Source: an uncultured bacterium
GTDB taxonomy: Bacteria; Cyanobacteriota; Vampirovibrionia; Gastranaerophilales; Gastranaerophilaceae
DNA: 64,000 bases
Reading direction: 5' to 3'
Assembly (NCBI GenBank): GCA_949283255.1
Contig: CASDRS010000001.1
Coordinates: forward strand, 51,749-115,748
Shown: positions 25,433 to 34,586 of the stretch, one piece after another
How the letters are laid out: each line of letters begins with the position of its first letter
Position numbering within the stretch: the stretch's first letter is position 1
Made by a program: the position numbers and the translations under genes
Notes under the pieces: model-generated
What the model was told of the DNA's origin: nothing
What the model saw: the letters and a program-made list of their open reading frames with translations, nothing else
Database searches by the model: none

Positions 25433-27958
25433 TTATATCTCTCTTAACTGTTCGTCAAAAAATTTCGTTCTGGTAATATTGAACCCTACTCCCGGCGCAA
25501 TTTTCTCCATTAGTACGTCTGCTCTCAGTGCCGGTATGTCAATTTTTTGACCGGTTTTTAAAACTATGAATAAACAATTACCTTCAAATCTATATGATTT
25601 TACTGCCGGTTTAATGTTTATTTTTTGTGTCAAACCTTTTTTATTTTTCTTCTCGATAAAAATTTCTTCGGAAGATAAAACTCTATCTGTATTATACTTC
25701 AAATTTTCAAAATCGTAAAGGGCTTTATTTGCAATTTCAACTTTGTATTCAGCCCAGCAAACTGTCATATCAATTGATTTAGTCTGTTTGTCGATTTTAA
25801 CAATATTTATAATCCTGCATTCTTTCGGGAGAACTTTAGTGAGTTTTTCTTTTAATGTTTCTTCCGAAATGTTTTCGTTTAATTCAATGTCTACAAGTTC
25901 GCATTCGCTTTCTGCAAACAGCGGCAAAGCAACACCCATAGAAATTTTCATTGTCGGGTTGAAGCCTTGTGAAAATGCGACTTTTAAGTCAGTCCTTGAT
26001 ATAGCTTTAAAGAATGTATTTTGCCAATCAAGGTGTGAAAAATATCTTAAAATACCTGATTTTGTGAGTTTTATTCTGTACTTAAATATTGGCAGTTGTT
26101 CGTGGTTTCTTGAATCTGACGGGTCAGGGCGTTCTTCTGCTACGAATTCTTTTGAGGCTTTGAATGGTTTTGCGAGTACTTTGTGAGTTTTTAAATTAGT
26201 GCAAACTCCGCAGTTTACGCATTTTTTTTCACAAGTCGGTACAATGTGTGTCGGATTTTCTGAGGTATCCGCGAATGCCATATTATATTCATTAACAAAC
26301 CACTCTTTGTTTACTCCGATATTTATAAAGTCCCACGGGAGAGTTTCTTCTCTTGAATATTCTTTTTGCGCAAGTCCTGCTAAGTCAATTCCTAACTCTT
26401 TTGCAGTTTCATACCAAACTTCTTGATTAAAGTATTCTCCCCACGCATCAAGATAACAACCTTTTTTGTAAAGTGCTTCTATGTATTTGCAAAGGCTGTC
26501 ATCACCTCTTGTGAGCACTGCCTCAAGTTGAGAAACATATTGTTCGTGGTAATTTATTTTTACCCCTTTTATATTTTTTATTAAATCTTTCAAATAATGT
26601 ATATGCTCACTGACTTTGCTTATTTCCATTTGCGGGCACCACTGGAATGGTGTGAAAGGTTTTGGAACGAATATTGAAAGTGTACAGGTTATCTCCATTC
26701 CGTGTTTTAAACCTTTTTCCATCTTGATACCGCGGCAGCGATAACGAATTTTTCTGAATAATTCTGCCATCTCTTCCATATCTTTTAATGTTTCTGTCGG
26801 AAGCCCGCATATAAAGTAAAACTTGACTCTTGACCAGCCGTGTTCGTATAAAGTTGTAACAGCATCAAGAATCATATCTTCTGTAATGTTTTTCTTGATT
26901 ACATCTCTTAGTCGCTGAGAGCCTGCTTCAGGTGCAAGTGTCATTGTTGATTTTCTAACACTCTGAACCAAATTCGCCAATTCAAGATTAAATCCGTCTA
27001 TACGCTGGCTCGGAAGCGATACAGATACTTTCTTTTTGTTAAAGTCTATAGATAATTCTTTAATTGTCTCGTTAATATTTGCGTAATCATTAGATGATAA
27101 TGAAAGCAGCGAGTATTCATCATATCCTGTGTTTTTGACTAATTCTTTAGCAATTTTTATAATCTCTTCAGCACTACGTTCTCTAATAGGAAGGGTTACG
27201 TGTCCAGGTTGACAGAATCTGCACATTCTGCCACAACCGCGTCTTATTTCGATTACTGCCCTATCTTGTACCGAAGATGAAAATGGTATCGGATATTCTT
27301 TTAGTGCGGTGTCGTATGTAAGTTGGGCTATTCTTTTTGTAACGCGCCCTCCGATTAATTTTGACCATCTGCCTGAATTTTCACCTTCACAAAGAGCTTC
27401 TATCCTTTTTTTTCTAGGCAAGCCTTTTGTTTTTTCAAGAATTTCGCATACTTCAACAATACTGTCTTCCCCGTCTCCAATCATAAATACATCTATAAAA
27501 TCTGCTACCGGAAGCGGGTTAAAAGCGCAAGGCCCGCCTGCAATTATAATCGGGTCATTGTCTGAGCGCTCATCGTTTCTATATGGTATCTGTGACATTT
27601 CCAGCATCTTTAATACTGTCGGATATGCCATTTCATACTGAAGTGAAAATCCTACCGCATCAAATTCTTTTATGGGTCGTTTACTTTCAAGACCATATAA
27701 AGTTTCAGGTTTGAAATCCGGTTCTGGGGCATAAGCTCTATCGCACATATAATCTTTTTGCTTGTTTATAAGCCCGTATAGAACTCTAACTCCCAAGTTT
27801 GAAATCCCGATTTCATACTTATCTGGAAAGCAAAATGCAAATCTTACTTTCGCACTGTCAAAATCTTTGTTTGCAGATAAAAATTCTCCGCCTACGTATT
27901 GATAAGGCTTGTTGCAATGGAACAGTGCGTCTTGGTATTTTTCAAAAAAATCTGTCAT
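25433..27958 (-). CDS. radical SAM protein, fused TIGR03960-type core plus TIGR03936/DUF2344-type C-terminal domain
   Basis: N-terminus NKPYQYVGGE, a B12-binding-like region, CGRMCRFCQPG (CxxxCxxC), and a C-terminal domain with FSHLDW...SQGFNP typical of DUF2344. The ATG at 27958 is preferred over the track start at 28003. Confidence 0.8.
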   Translation of the reverse strand: MTDFFEKYQDALFHCNKPYQYVGGEFLSANKDFDSAKVRFAFCFPDKYEIGISNLGVRVLYGLINKQKDYMCDRAYAPEPDFKPETLYGLESKRPIKEFDAVGFSLQYEMAYPTVLKMLEMSQIPYRNDERSDNDPIIIAGGPCAFNPLPVADFIDVFMIGDGEDSIVEVCEILEKTKGLPRKKRIEALCEGENSGRWSKLIGGRVTKRIAQLTYDTALKEYPIPFSSSVQDRAVIEIRRGCGRMCRFCQPGHVTLPIRERSAEEIIKIAKELVKNTGYDEYSLLSLSSNDYANINETIKELSIDFNKKKVSVSLPSQRIDGFNLELANLVQSVRKSTMTLAPEAGSQRLRDVIKKNITEDMILDAVTTLYEHGWSRVKFYFICGLPTETLKDMEEMAELFRKIRYRCRGIKMEKGLKHGMEITCTLSIFVPKPFTPFQWCPQMEISKVSEHIHYLKDLIKNIKGVKINYHEQYVSQLEAVLTRGDDSLCKYIEALYKKGCYLDAWGEYFNQEVWYETAKELGIDLAGLAQKEYSREETLPWDFINIGVNKEWFVNEYNMAFADTSENPTHIVPTCEKKCVNCGVCTNLKTHKVLAKPFKASKEFVAEERPDPSDSRNHEQLPIFKYRIKLTKSGILRYFSHLDWQNTFFKAISRTDLKVAFSQGFNPTMKISMGVALPLFAESECELVDIELNENISEETLKEKLTKVLPKECRIINIVKIDKQTKSIDMTVCWAEYKVEIANKALYDFENLKYNTDRVLSSEEIFIEKKNKKGLTQKINIKPAVKSYRFEGNCLFIVLKTGQKIDIPALRADVLMEKIAPGVGFNITRTKFFDEQLREI

Positions 27959-27987
27959 AGTCCTGTTAGATACTCTCTTCCTCTCTA

Positions 27988-28015
27988 AGTATATGACAAA
28001 CATATTAATTTACAA
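27988..28015 (-). promoter_or_regulatory. putative promoter of the radical-SAM/rne operon
   Basis: On the minus strand: TTGTAA (28015-28010), a 16-nt spacer, then TATACT (27993-27988). Confidence 0.3.
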
Positions 28016-28031
28016 AGAAGTCAGGATAATG

Positions 28032-28829
28032 TTATTCCCAGGTATATTTTTTGCCTGTGCATACGTCTTCAACTTTAACGTATCTTGATAAAATGATTTT
28101 TGCTTCTAAATCTGTACAGTGGCAAGGGAAAATCCTCTCAACATTCTGTTCTTTTAAATATTTCCCAAGCTCATTAATTTCATCTTCTGTTTTGTTGATG
28201 AGGTACAAGCCCCCAATAATTGTGTTAATTCTGTTTTCTCCGGTTACATACTTAGCGTGTTCCATAATGTTTTTTACTCCGCTGTGAGAGCAGCCTGAGA
28301 GAATAACAAGCCCGTCTTTTGATTTGTAAGCCAGTGCGATTTCGTCTGGAGAGTAATCCTTTTGTACTTTTCCGTATGTTATTGGGATTTCGCCTAAATA
28401 TACTAACTTTGATGTTAAATATTTAGGAGTTTTTAAAAGTACCAAATTAAAGAATTTCTGTATTTCTTCAACAGTAAGTTTAAAATTTTCTCCGTTATAT
28501 ATTTCGCCATCATTAGGTTTGAATACATCAGGATGTGCTATGAGTTTTTTAGAGTTAAACTCGACTCCTGAGAGTGCAAACTTTTTGTATAGAGCTTGCA
28601 ATCTTAAAAAACCGCCTATGTGGTCAAAATGTCCGTGAGATAAGATAATATCAGTCACATCTGCCAAATCTATTTGCATATTATATGCATTTTTTATAAA
28701 GGCATCACTTGATCCGCAATCAAATAGTAACTTTAAATTTTCCTCTTTGATATAAAAGGATAGTCCGTGTTCTGATATGAGACAATTACCAGCAGATGTA
28801 TTATTATCAACTAAAACCGTTAATTCCAT
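28032..28829 (-). CDS. MBL-fold metallo-hydrolase (COG1237-like), paralog A
   Basis: HxHxDH motif SHGHFDHIGG, later SGCSHSG and PCHCT. It is clearly paralogous to the ORF at 59923-60660. Confidence 0.8.
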   Translation of the reverse strand: MELTVLVDNNTSAGNCLISEHGLSFYIKEENLKLLFDCGSSDAFIKNAYNMQIDLADVTDIILSHGHFDHIGGFLRLQALYKKFALSGVEFNSKKLIAHPDVFKPNDGEIYNGENFKLTVEEIQKFFNLVLLKTPKYLTSKLVYLGEIPITYGKVQKDYSPDEIALAYKSKDGLVILSGCSHSGVKNIMEHAKYVTGENRINTIIGGLYLINKTEDEINELGKYLKEQNVERIFPCHCTDLEAKIILSRYVKVEDVCTGKKYTWE

Positions 28830-28879
28830 ACGAGTAATTCTATATTATGTTCCAATTTTTGTCAATATTATAAAATATT

Positions 28880-29224
28880 TTATGCGGATTCTTCCGGAAA
28901 ATATTTGTCAATCTCAATAATCTTACCATCGAGAGTGTTTTCTTCAAATGATTTTATAAATTTGAAAAGCGCGTCATTTGGTACGTCATAATTATAAAGG
29001 ACAGTGTCTCCTTTATATTCTCTCATTACTCTTACAATATAATGGCAGCCCTCTGCATATTTCAGTAAATGTTCTTTGTTAAATTTATTGCCGTTGGTGT
29101 CTTTGTCTATACGAACGTAATTGAATCCGGCATAAAACTTAACCCGTTCTCCTGTTTGTTGAGGCAGGGCTTTATTGTGTCTTGAAAATATATTTGTAAC
29201 TTTCTTGTTTATTTCATCGCTCAT
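28880..29224 (-). CDS. hypothetical protein
   Basis: 114-aa ORF on the same strand, 50 nt upstream of MBL paralog A. No motif, signal peptide or TM helix. Confidence 0.4.
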   Translation of the reverse strand: MSDEINKKVTNIFSRHNKALPQQTGERVKFYAGFNYVRIDKDTNGNKFNKEHLLKYAEGCHYIVRVMREYKGDTVLYNYDVPNDALFKFIKSFEENTLDGKIIEIDKYFPEESA

Positions 29225-29347
29225 ATTATGTATTTAACATTATTTTTGTTTAATTGTCTAAATGTTAAGTTTTTTTATGTTGCGTGGATTGAGTTTTTGA
29301 TTTACAATAGGGGTATAGTATAAAAGTTATTAGGGGGATATAAGAGA

Positions 29348-30718
29348 GTGGCTATAGAAAGACAAAAAGCTGTTGAACAGGATAAAATTGAACGTCGTCA
29401 TAATTTCGATCCTGTTGAAAATAATTTTACTGAAGAGCAAGTTAAACTGGAAGCGTCCAGATGCTTAAATTGTAAAAACCCTAAATGTGTTCAGGGTTGT
29501 CCTGTAAATATTCAAATCCCGAAATTTATTCATGCAATAAAAGAAGGTGATTTGCAGGGTGCAGGTGATATTATAAGAGAGACCAGTATGTTGCCGTCAG
29601 TTTGTGGTAGAGTTTGTCCTCAAGAAAGACAATGTGAAGGTCATTGTGTGTTGGGAATAAAAGGTTCGCCTGTTGCAATCGGCGCATTGGAAAGATATGT
29701 CGGAGATAACACAAAAGCTGAACCTGTTGAAATAAAGCCTACAGGCAAAAAGGTTGCGATTGTAGGTTCTGGTTGTGCCGGAATTACTGCGGCTGCAGAT
29801 TTGAGAAAGGCTGGACATGATGTTGAAGTTTTTGAAGCTTTGCATGAATTTGGCGGAGTTTTAAGATATGGTATTCCTCCATTCAGACTGCCAAGGGTTG
29901 TTTTGGATAGAGAACTTAATAATTTAAAATCAATGGGTGTAAAATTCCATTCTAATGTTGTTGTAGGTAAGTCTATAACATTGAAACAGTTAAAAGAAGA
30001 CGGTTTTGATGCGATATTCATTTGCTCCGGAGCTGGATTACCTAAGATGCTTCATGTTCCTGGAGAGAACCTTAACGGCGTATATTCTGCAAATGAATTC
30101 TTAACTCGTGTAAACCTTATGCACGCAGGTCAGCCTGATAGCCCGACACCTTTGAGAGTCGGGAAGAAAGTTGCTGTATTTGGCGGCGGTAATGTTGCGA
30201 TGGATGCTGCCAGAACCGCAGTCAGAGTCGGGTTTGAAGAAGTTTATATAATATACAGACGTACTGAAAAAGAGCTTCCTGCAAGGTTGGAAGAAATTCG
30301 CCACGCTAAAGAAGAAGGTGTTGTATTTAAATTTTTGTACGCTCCAAAAGAAATTATCGGCGAAAACGGATATGTAAAATCAGTAGAACTTGAAGTTATG
30401 GAACTTGGTGAACCTGATGCTAGCGGAAGAAGAAGACCTGTTCCGACTGGAAAAACAGAAGTCGTTGATTTGGATACGGTTATTGTTGCTCTCGGGACTG
30501 GGCCTAACCCTATTATTCAACGTTCTGCTAAGGCTGAAGGGTTGGAAATTATCACTGATCCAAAAGGCTATATTTCGGTAGATGCTGATTCAAGAGCGAC
30601 ATCTGTTCCGACAATCTTTGCAGGCGGAGACGTTGCTCCTGTAGGGGAATCTAATGCGATTAACGCTATGGGTGCAGGTAAAAAGGCTGCAAAAGCTATA
30701 AATGAATTGTTAAAATAG
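29348..30718 (+). CDS. NADPH-dependent glutamate synthase, homotetrameric / GltD-SudA-like
   Basis: 456 aa. Two N-terminal Fe-S motifs (CLNCKNPKCVQGCPV and CGRVCPQERQCEGHC), then two Rossmann motifs (VAIVGSGCAG and VAVFGGGNVAMD). GTG start after AGGGGGA. Confidence 0.85.
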   Translation: MAIERQKAVEQDKIERRHNFDPVENNFTEEQVKLEASRCLNCKNPKCVQGCPVNIQIPKFIHAIKEGDLQGAGDIIRETSMLPSVCGRVCPQERQCEGHCVLGIKGSPVAIGALERYVGDNTKAEPVEIKPTGKKVAIVGSGCAGITAAADLRKAGHDVEVFEALHEFGGVLRYGIPPFRLPRVVLDRELNNLKSMGVKFHSNVVVGKSITLKQLKEDGFDAIFICSGAGLPKMLHVPGENLNGVYSANEFLTRVNLMHAGQPDSPTPLRVGKKVAVFGGGNVAMDAARTAVRVGFEEVYIIYRRTEKELPARLEEIRHAKEEGVVFKFLYAPKEIIGENGYVKSVELEVMELGEPDASGRRRPVPTGKTEVVDLDTVIVALGTGPNPIIQRSAKAEGLEIITDPKGYISVDADSRATSVPTIFAGGDVAPVGESNAINAMGAGKKAAKAINELLK

Positions 30719-30734
30719 AATAATTTTGGGTTTT

Positions 30735-31637
30735 ATGAAAAAGATAATATTAATTTTGGTATTATTAATATTTGTTATGCCTGTGCAGGCTTTTGAATTG
30801 GACTGGTCTGCTGATGAAGAAATCAGAAAGAATTACCAGCCCTCAAAGCTCGAGCAGGAGGTTTTGCCGGGACTTCCAAGTATTTTAAAAGAGGATGTCC
30901 CGTCGGCAAATACTCAAACTGTACCTAAAACTAATGCTAATACTCAGTCTACTTCTTCGACTTCTACAATTCCAAAGACTGTGAACCCGCCAAAAACGAC
31001 CATAGAAACCGATTATTCGGGTGGCGGACGAGTTAGAACGATGAAGGATGATTCTTTCACTGCTATAAAAATTAAAAAAGGTACAAAGTTTAGGGTTCAA
31101 TCAAAGACAAATGTTGCCGATTGGAACACGGCAGGTGCAAGAATGACTTTTGTTTCTACAGCTCCGGTTACACAAAGGTATGTTTCTATTCCTGTCGGGA
31201 CTACTTTTAAGGGAGTTATTGTTGATTCTCATCAGCCAAACGGTTTTGGTAACGGCGGACTTTTGAAGTTAAAGGCTGATAATGTTATTATTAACGGTGC
31301 ACAAAGACCAGTTAATGCTAAAGTTATTAGAGCTAATGATAAGAAAATCTTTTTTAATAATATAAAAGGAAAGCGCGGATATTGTTGTGGCGTTGGGAAA
31401 GTTGTGGACAAAGGTCAAAATTTTTATGACAAGTCAAGACAAATGTCTAAGAATTGGTCAAATAACCCTATAGGGTCTATTTTGTCTCCTATTCCGACTA
31501 TAGTCGGAGGGGTAGGATATACAGTTAACCTTGTAGCTTCTCCGATTACGGCTCTCTGGTCAAAGGGGGATCATATATCTTTGCCTGCCGGAACTAATTA
31601 TGTAATTAAATTGAGAGAGAATGCTTATATATATTAA
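30735..31637 (+). CDS. secreted hypothetical protein
   Basis: Signal peptide MKKIILILVLLIFVMPVQA, a T/S/P/N-rich linker and a beta-rich C-terminal domain. No family recognised. Confidence 0.5.
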   Translation: MKKIILILVLLIFVMPVQAFELDWSADEEIRKNYQPSKLEQEVLPGLPSILKEDVPSANTQTVPKTNANTQSTSSTSTIPKTVNPPKTTIETDYSGGGRVRTMKDDSFTAIKIKKGTKFRVQSKTNVADWNTAGARMTFVSTAPVTQRYVSIPVGTTFKGVIVDSHQPNGFGNGGLLKLKADNVIINGAQRPVNAKVIRANDKKIFFNNIKGKRGYCCGVGKVVDKGQNFYDKSRQMSKNWSNNPIGSILSPIPTIVGGVGYTVNLVASPITALWSKGDHISLPAGTNYVIKLRENAYIY

Positions 31638-31664
31638 TATTATTTGTAAATTAATAAGTTAAAA

Positions 31665-31697
31665 ATAAAAAAGCAGGTTTTATAACCTGCTTTTTTG
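31665..31697. terminator. bidirectional intrinsic terminator
   Basis: AAAAAAGCAGGT-TTTATA-ACCTGCTTTTTT, lying between convergent genes. Confidence 0.7.
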
Positions 31698-31886
31698 TTA
31701 GAATTGATCCATAATCTTTTCGGCTTCCATTCTGCGTTTTTCACGAGTTTTCTGAACGGTATTGATAGTTTTTTCTTGTTTGAATTTTGCTTCAATACTT
31801 TCTTTTGTGAAGTCTTCCGGTTTGAAGTTTTCCCAACCCCAACATCCGACGGCAATTACCAAAATTAAGATTATAAGTCTTACCAT
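31698..31886 (-). CDS. small membrane-anchored protein
   Basis: 62 aa with an N-terminal TM helix (LIILILVIAVGCWGW) and a K/E-rich tail. A strong SD (AAGGAGA) lies 7 nt upstream. The competing 71-aa ORF at 31640-31855 lacks an SD. Confidence 0.55.
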   Translation of the reverse strand: MVRLIILILVIAVGCWGWENFKPEDFTKESIEAKFKQEKTINTVQKTREKRRMEAEKIMDQF

Positions 31887-31974
31887 AAACTGTTTCTCCT
31901 TACTTATCCATTTTGTATTCTATAAGTTTTCTAAAATTAATGCGTCATATCTTTATACGATTTTTGTAAAAAAC

Positions 31975-32003
31975 TTGTTAAATTTGAAAGTTTATAATAT
32001 AAT
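31975..32003 (+). promoter_or_regulatory. putative sigma70-type promoter of hppA
   Basis: TTGTTA at 31975-31980, a 17-nt spacer, then a perfect TATAAT at 31998-32003, preceded by an A-tract. Confidence 0.45.
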
Positions 32004-32042
32004 ATCTGTCGTGTAGTGGACACTTATGTGAAGGGAGACATT

Positions 32043-34481
32043 ATGATTAAAAAGTTTACTGCTCCAAAAGCCTTGGTGGCGTTTTTTGCTGCGTTGCTTT
32101 TGGGTGTTTCGCCTGCTCTTGCGAGCGAAGCTGATTTGATTGTCCCTAGTATCAAAGATGCCAGCCCATTCAATTTCAATTTGTTATTGATTGGTATGGT
32201 TATTTCATTCGTAGGTTTGATATTTGGGTTTATCGAATTCTTGCGAGTTAGAAAATTGGAAGTTCACAAAGCTATGGCTGAAGTTGGAAATACAATTTTC
32301 GAAACTTGTAAAACTTATCTTGTTCAACAAGGTAAATTTTTGTTCTGCCTTGAAGTATTAATCGGTTTGTGTATCGCTTTCTACTTCGGGTATTTGCAGC
32401 ATATGCCACTTAAAGACGTTGCAATTATTCTTGCTTGGTCAGTAATTGGTATTTTGGGTTCTTACGGTGTTGCTTGGTTCGGTATTAGAATGAATACTTT
32501 GGCTAATGCTAGAACTGCTTTCGCATCTTTAAAAGGAAACCCGCTAAACATATTAAATATCCCGCTTAAGGCCGGTATGTCTATTGGTGTTTGTCTTGTA
32601 TCAGTTGAGTTGATATTGATGTTGACAATTCTATTATTTGTACCTGGCCATTTAGCAGGTGCTTGCTTCATCGGTTTTGCTATCGGTGAATCTTTAGGTG
32701 CTTCTGCTCTTCGTGTTGCAGGTGGTATCTTTACTAAGATTGCTGATATCGGATCTGACTTGATGAAAATTCAGTTCGGTATTAAAGAAGATGATCCTAG
32801 AAACCCTGGGGTTATCGCTGACTGTACTGGTGATAATGCCGGCGATTCTATCGGACCTACGGCTGATGGTTTTGAAACTTATGGTGTAACTGGTGTTGCT
32901 CTTGTTTCTTTCATCTTGTTAGGTGTTAAACCTGAATATCAAGTTCAATTGTTGACTTGGATATTTGTTATGAGATATTTGATGATTGTTACTTCAGTTG
33001 TTGCTTACTGGATTAACGGTATCGTCGATAAATTCTATGCAAAGGCTACTTCAAAATTCGATTTTGAAAAACCTTTGACAAATCTTGTTTGGTTGACTTC
33101 TATTTTGTCAATCGTTATGACTTTTGGCGTAAGCTATTGGTTATTAGCTCCTATGGGCGGCAAATTATGGCTTGTATTGTCTGCTATAATTTCTTGCGGT
33201 ACTTTGGGTGCTGCTTTAATTCCGGAATTTACAAAGATCTTCACTTCTCCAAAGGCTTTGCATACTGAAGAAGTTGTTACTGCTTCAAAAGAAGGCGGTG
33301 CTTCTTTGACAATCCTTTCTGGTATTGTTTCAGGTAACTTCTCAGCTTTCTGGATTGGTGCGGTTATCGTTCTTTTGATGGGTCTTGCTTATTTTGCAAG
33401 TATTCATATTCCGGCTGATGTAATGATTTATTCATCAGTATTTGCTTTTGGTTTGGTTGCGTTTGGTTTCTTAGGTATGGGACCTGTTACTATCGCTGTT
33501 GACAGTTATGGTCCTGTTACTGATAACGCGCAATCAGTTTACGAATTGTCTTTGATTGAAGAAATTCCAAATGTTTCTGATGAAATCGAAAAAGATTTCG
33601 GATTTAAACCTGATTTCGACAATGCTAAACAATTCTTGGAAGAAAATGATGGTGCTGGTAACACGTTCAAAGCAACTTCTAAGCCGGTATTAATCGGTAC
33701 TGCTGTTGTTGGTGCTACTACTATGATTTTCTCTTTGATTTTGGTTATCCAAAATACTTTGGGTATTCAACCGGAAGCTGTTCTTAACATGTTAAATCCA
33801 TATACATTGTTAGGTTTGCTTGCCGGCGGTGCTGTAATTTACTGGTTCAGCGGTGCTTCTATGCAAGCTGTTACAACCGGTGCTTACAGAGCTACTGAAT
33901 ATATTAAAGATAATATCAAACTTGATGATGCTTCAAGCAAATCTGCTAACTTATCTAATTCAAAAGAAGTTGTTAAGATTTGTACTCAGTATGCTCAAAA
34001 AGGTATGATTAATATCTTTATTTCATTATTTGCATTTGCGCTTGCACTTGCTTGTTTATCAGCTCCTGTAATTTCTGAAAATCCGGAATTTGCAAACAGA
34101 CCAGTTGCTTTCTTCGTAAGCTACTTGATTGCTATTGCGGTATTCGGTTTGTTCCAGGCTGTATTTATGGCAAATGCAGGCGGTTGCTGGGATAATGCGA
34201 AGAAAATTGTTGAAGTTGATATGAAAGAAAAGGGTACTCCTCTTCACGATGCTACTGTTGTCGGTGATACTGTTGGTGACCCGTTCAAAGATACATCTTC
34301 TGTTGCTATGAACCCAATAATCAAATTCACAACATTATTTGGTTTGTTAGCTATGGAAATTGCAATTAGTGAAGCTTTCAGAGAAGCTGCTCCTATTGCA
34401 GGTGTTATCTTCTTGCTTATCGCTTTATTCTTCGTATGGAGATCTTTCTACGGTATGAGAATTCCTGCTAAGAAAGATTAG
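32043..34481 (+). CDS. hppA: membrane-bound proton-translocating pyrophosphatase
   Basis: Polytopic protein with DCTGDNAGDSIGPTADGFETYG, GGCWDNAKK and GDTVGDPFKDTS. GNTFKA has Lys where K+-dependent enzymes have Ala, which suggests a K+-independent type. The ATG at 32043 follows AAGGGAG. Confidence 0.9.
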   Translation: MIKKFTAPKALVAFFAALLLGVSPALASEADLIVPSIKDASPFNFNLLLIGMVISFVGLIFGFIEFLRVRKLEVHKAMAEVGNTIFETCKTYLVQQGKFLFCLEVLIGLCIAFYFGYLQHMPLKDVAIILAWSVIGILGSYGVAWFGIRMNTLANARTAFASLKGNPLNILNIPLKAGMSIGVCLVSVELILMLTILLFVPGHLAGACFIGFAIGESLGASALRVAGGIFTKIADIGSDLMKIQFGIKEDDPRNPGVIADCTGDNAGDSIGPTADGFETYGVTGVALVSFILLGVKPEYQVQLLTWIFVMRYLMIVTSVVAYWINGIVDKFYAKATSKFDFEKPLTNLVWLTSILSIVMTFGVSYWLLAPMGGKLWLVLSAIISCGTLGAALIPEFTKIFTSPKALHTEEVVTASKEGGASLTILSGIVSGNFSAFWIGAVIVLLMGLAYFASIHIPADVMIYSSVFAFGLVAFGFLGMGPVTIAVDSYGPVTDNAQSVYELSLIEEIPNVSDEIEKDFGFKPDFDNAKQFLEENDGAGNTFKATSKPVLIGTAVVGATTMIFSLILVIQNTLGIQPEAVLNMLNPYTLLGLLAGGAVIYWFSGASMQAVTTGAYRATEYIKDNIKLDDASSKSANLSNSKEVVKICTQYAQKGMINIFISLFAFALALACLSAPVISENPEFANRPVAFFVSYLIAIAVFGLFQAVFMANAGGCWDNAKKIVEVDMKEKGTPLHDATVVGDTVGDPFKDTSSVAMNPIIKFTTLFGLLAMEIAISEAFREAAPIAGVIFLLIALFFVWRSFYGMRIPAKKD

Positions 34482-34499
34482 TCCTAAAGCGGATAAATG

Positions 34500-34535
34500 A
34501 AAACTCCCGAAATGAATGTTTCGGGAGTTTTTTTA
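34500..34535. terminator. bidirectional intrinsic terminator
   Basis: AAAACTCCCGAAA-TGAATG-TTTCGGGAGTTTTTTT, lying between convergent genes. Confidence 0.75.
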
Positions 34536-34586
34536 TGTATGTTATTTATTATTTTTATTTATTTATTTCCGCTTACGTTTATCTCT

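Noticed and set aside
25743-26186. Long antisense ORFs inside well-supported genes (25743-26186, 29641-30021, 35164-35643, 56123-56563, 27309-27641).
   Set aside because: Each lies wholly inside a gene with strong family motifs on the other strand. None has a recognisable motif or SD, so they are treated as frame shadows.
31640-31855. 71-aa minus-strand ORF overlapping the 62-aa ORF at 31698-31886.
   Set aside because: It has no SD, runs through the bidirectional terminator hairpin, and is K/N-rich junk-like sequence. The 62-aa ORF has a strong AAGGAGA SD and a TM helix.
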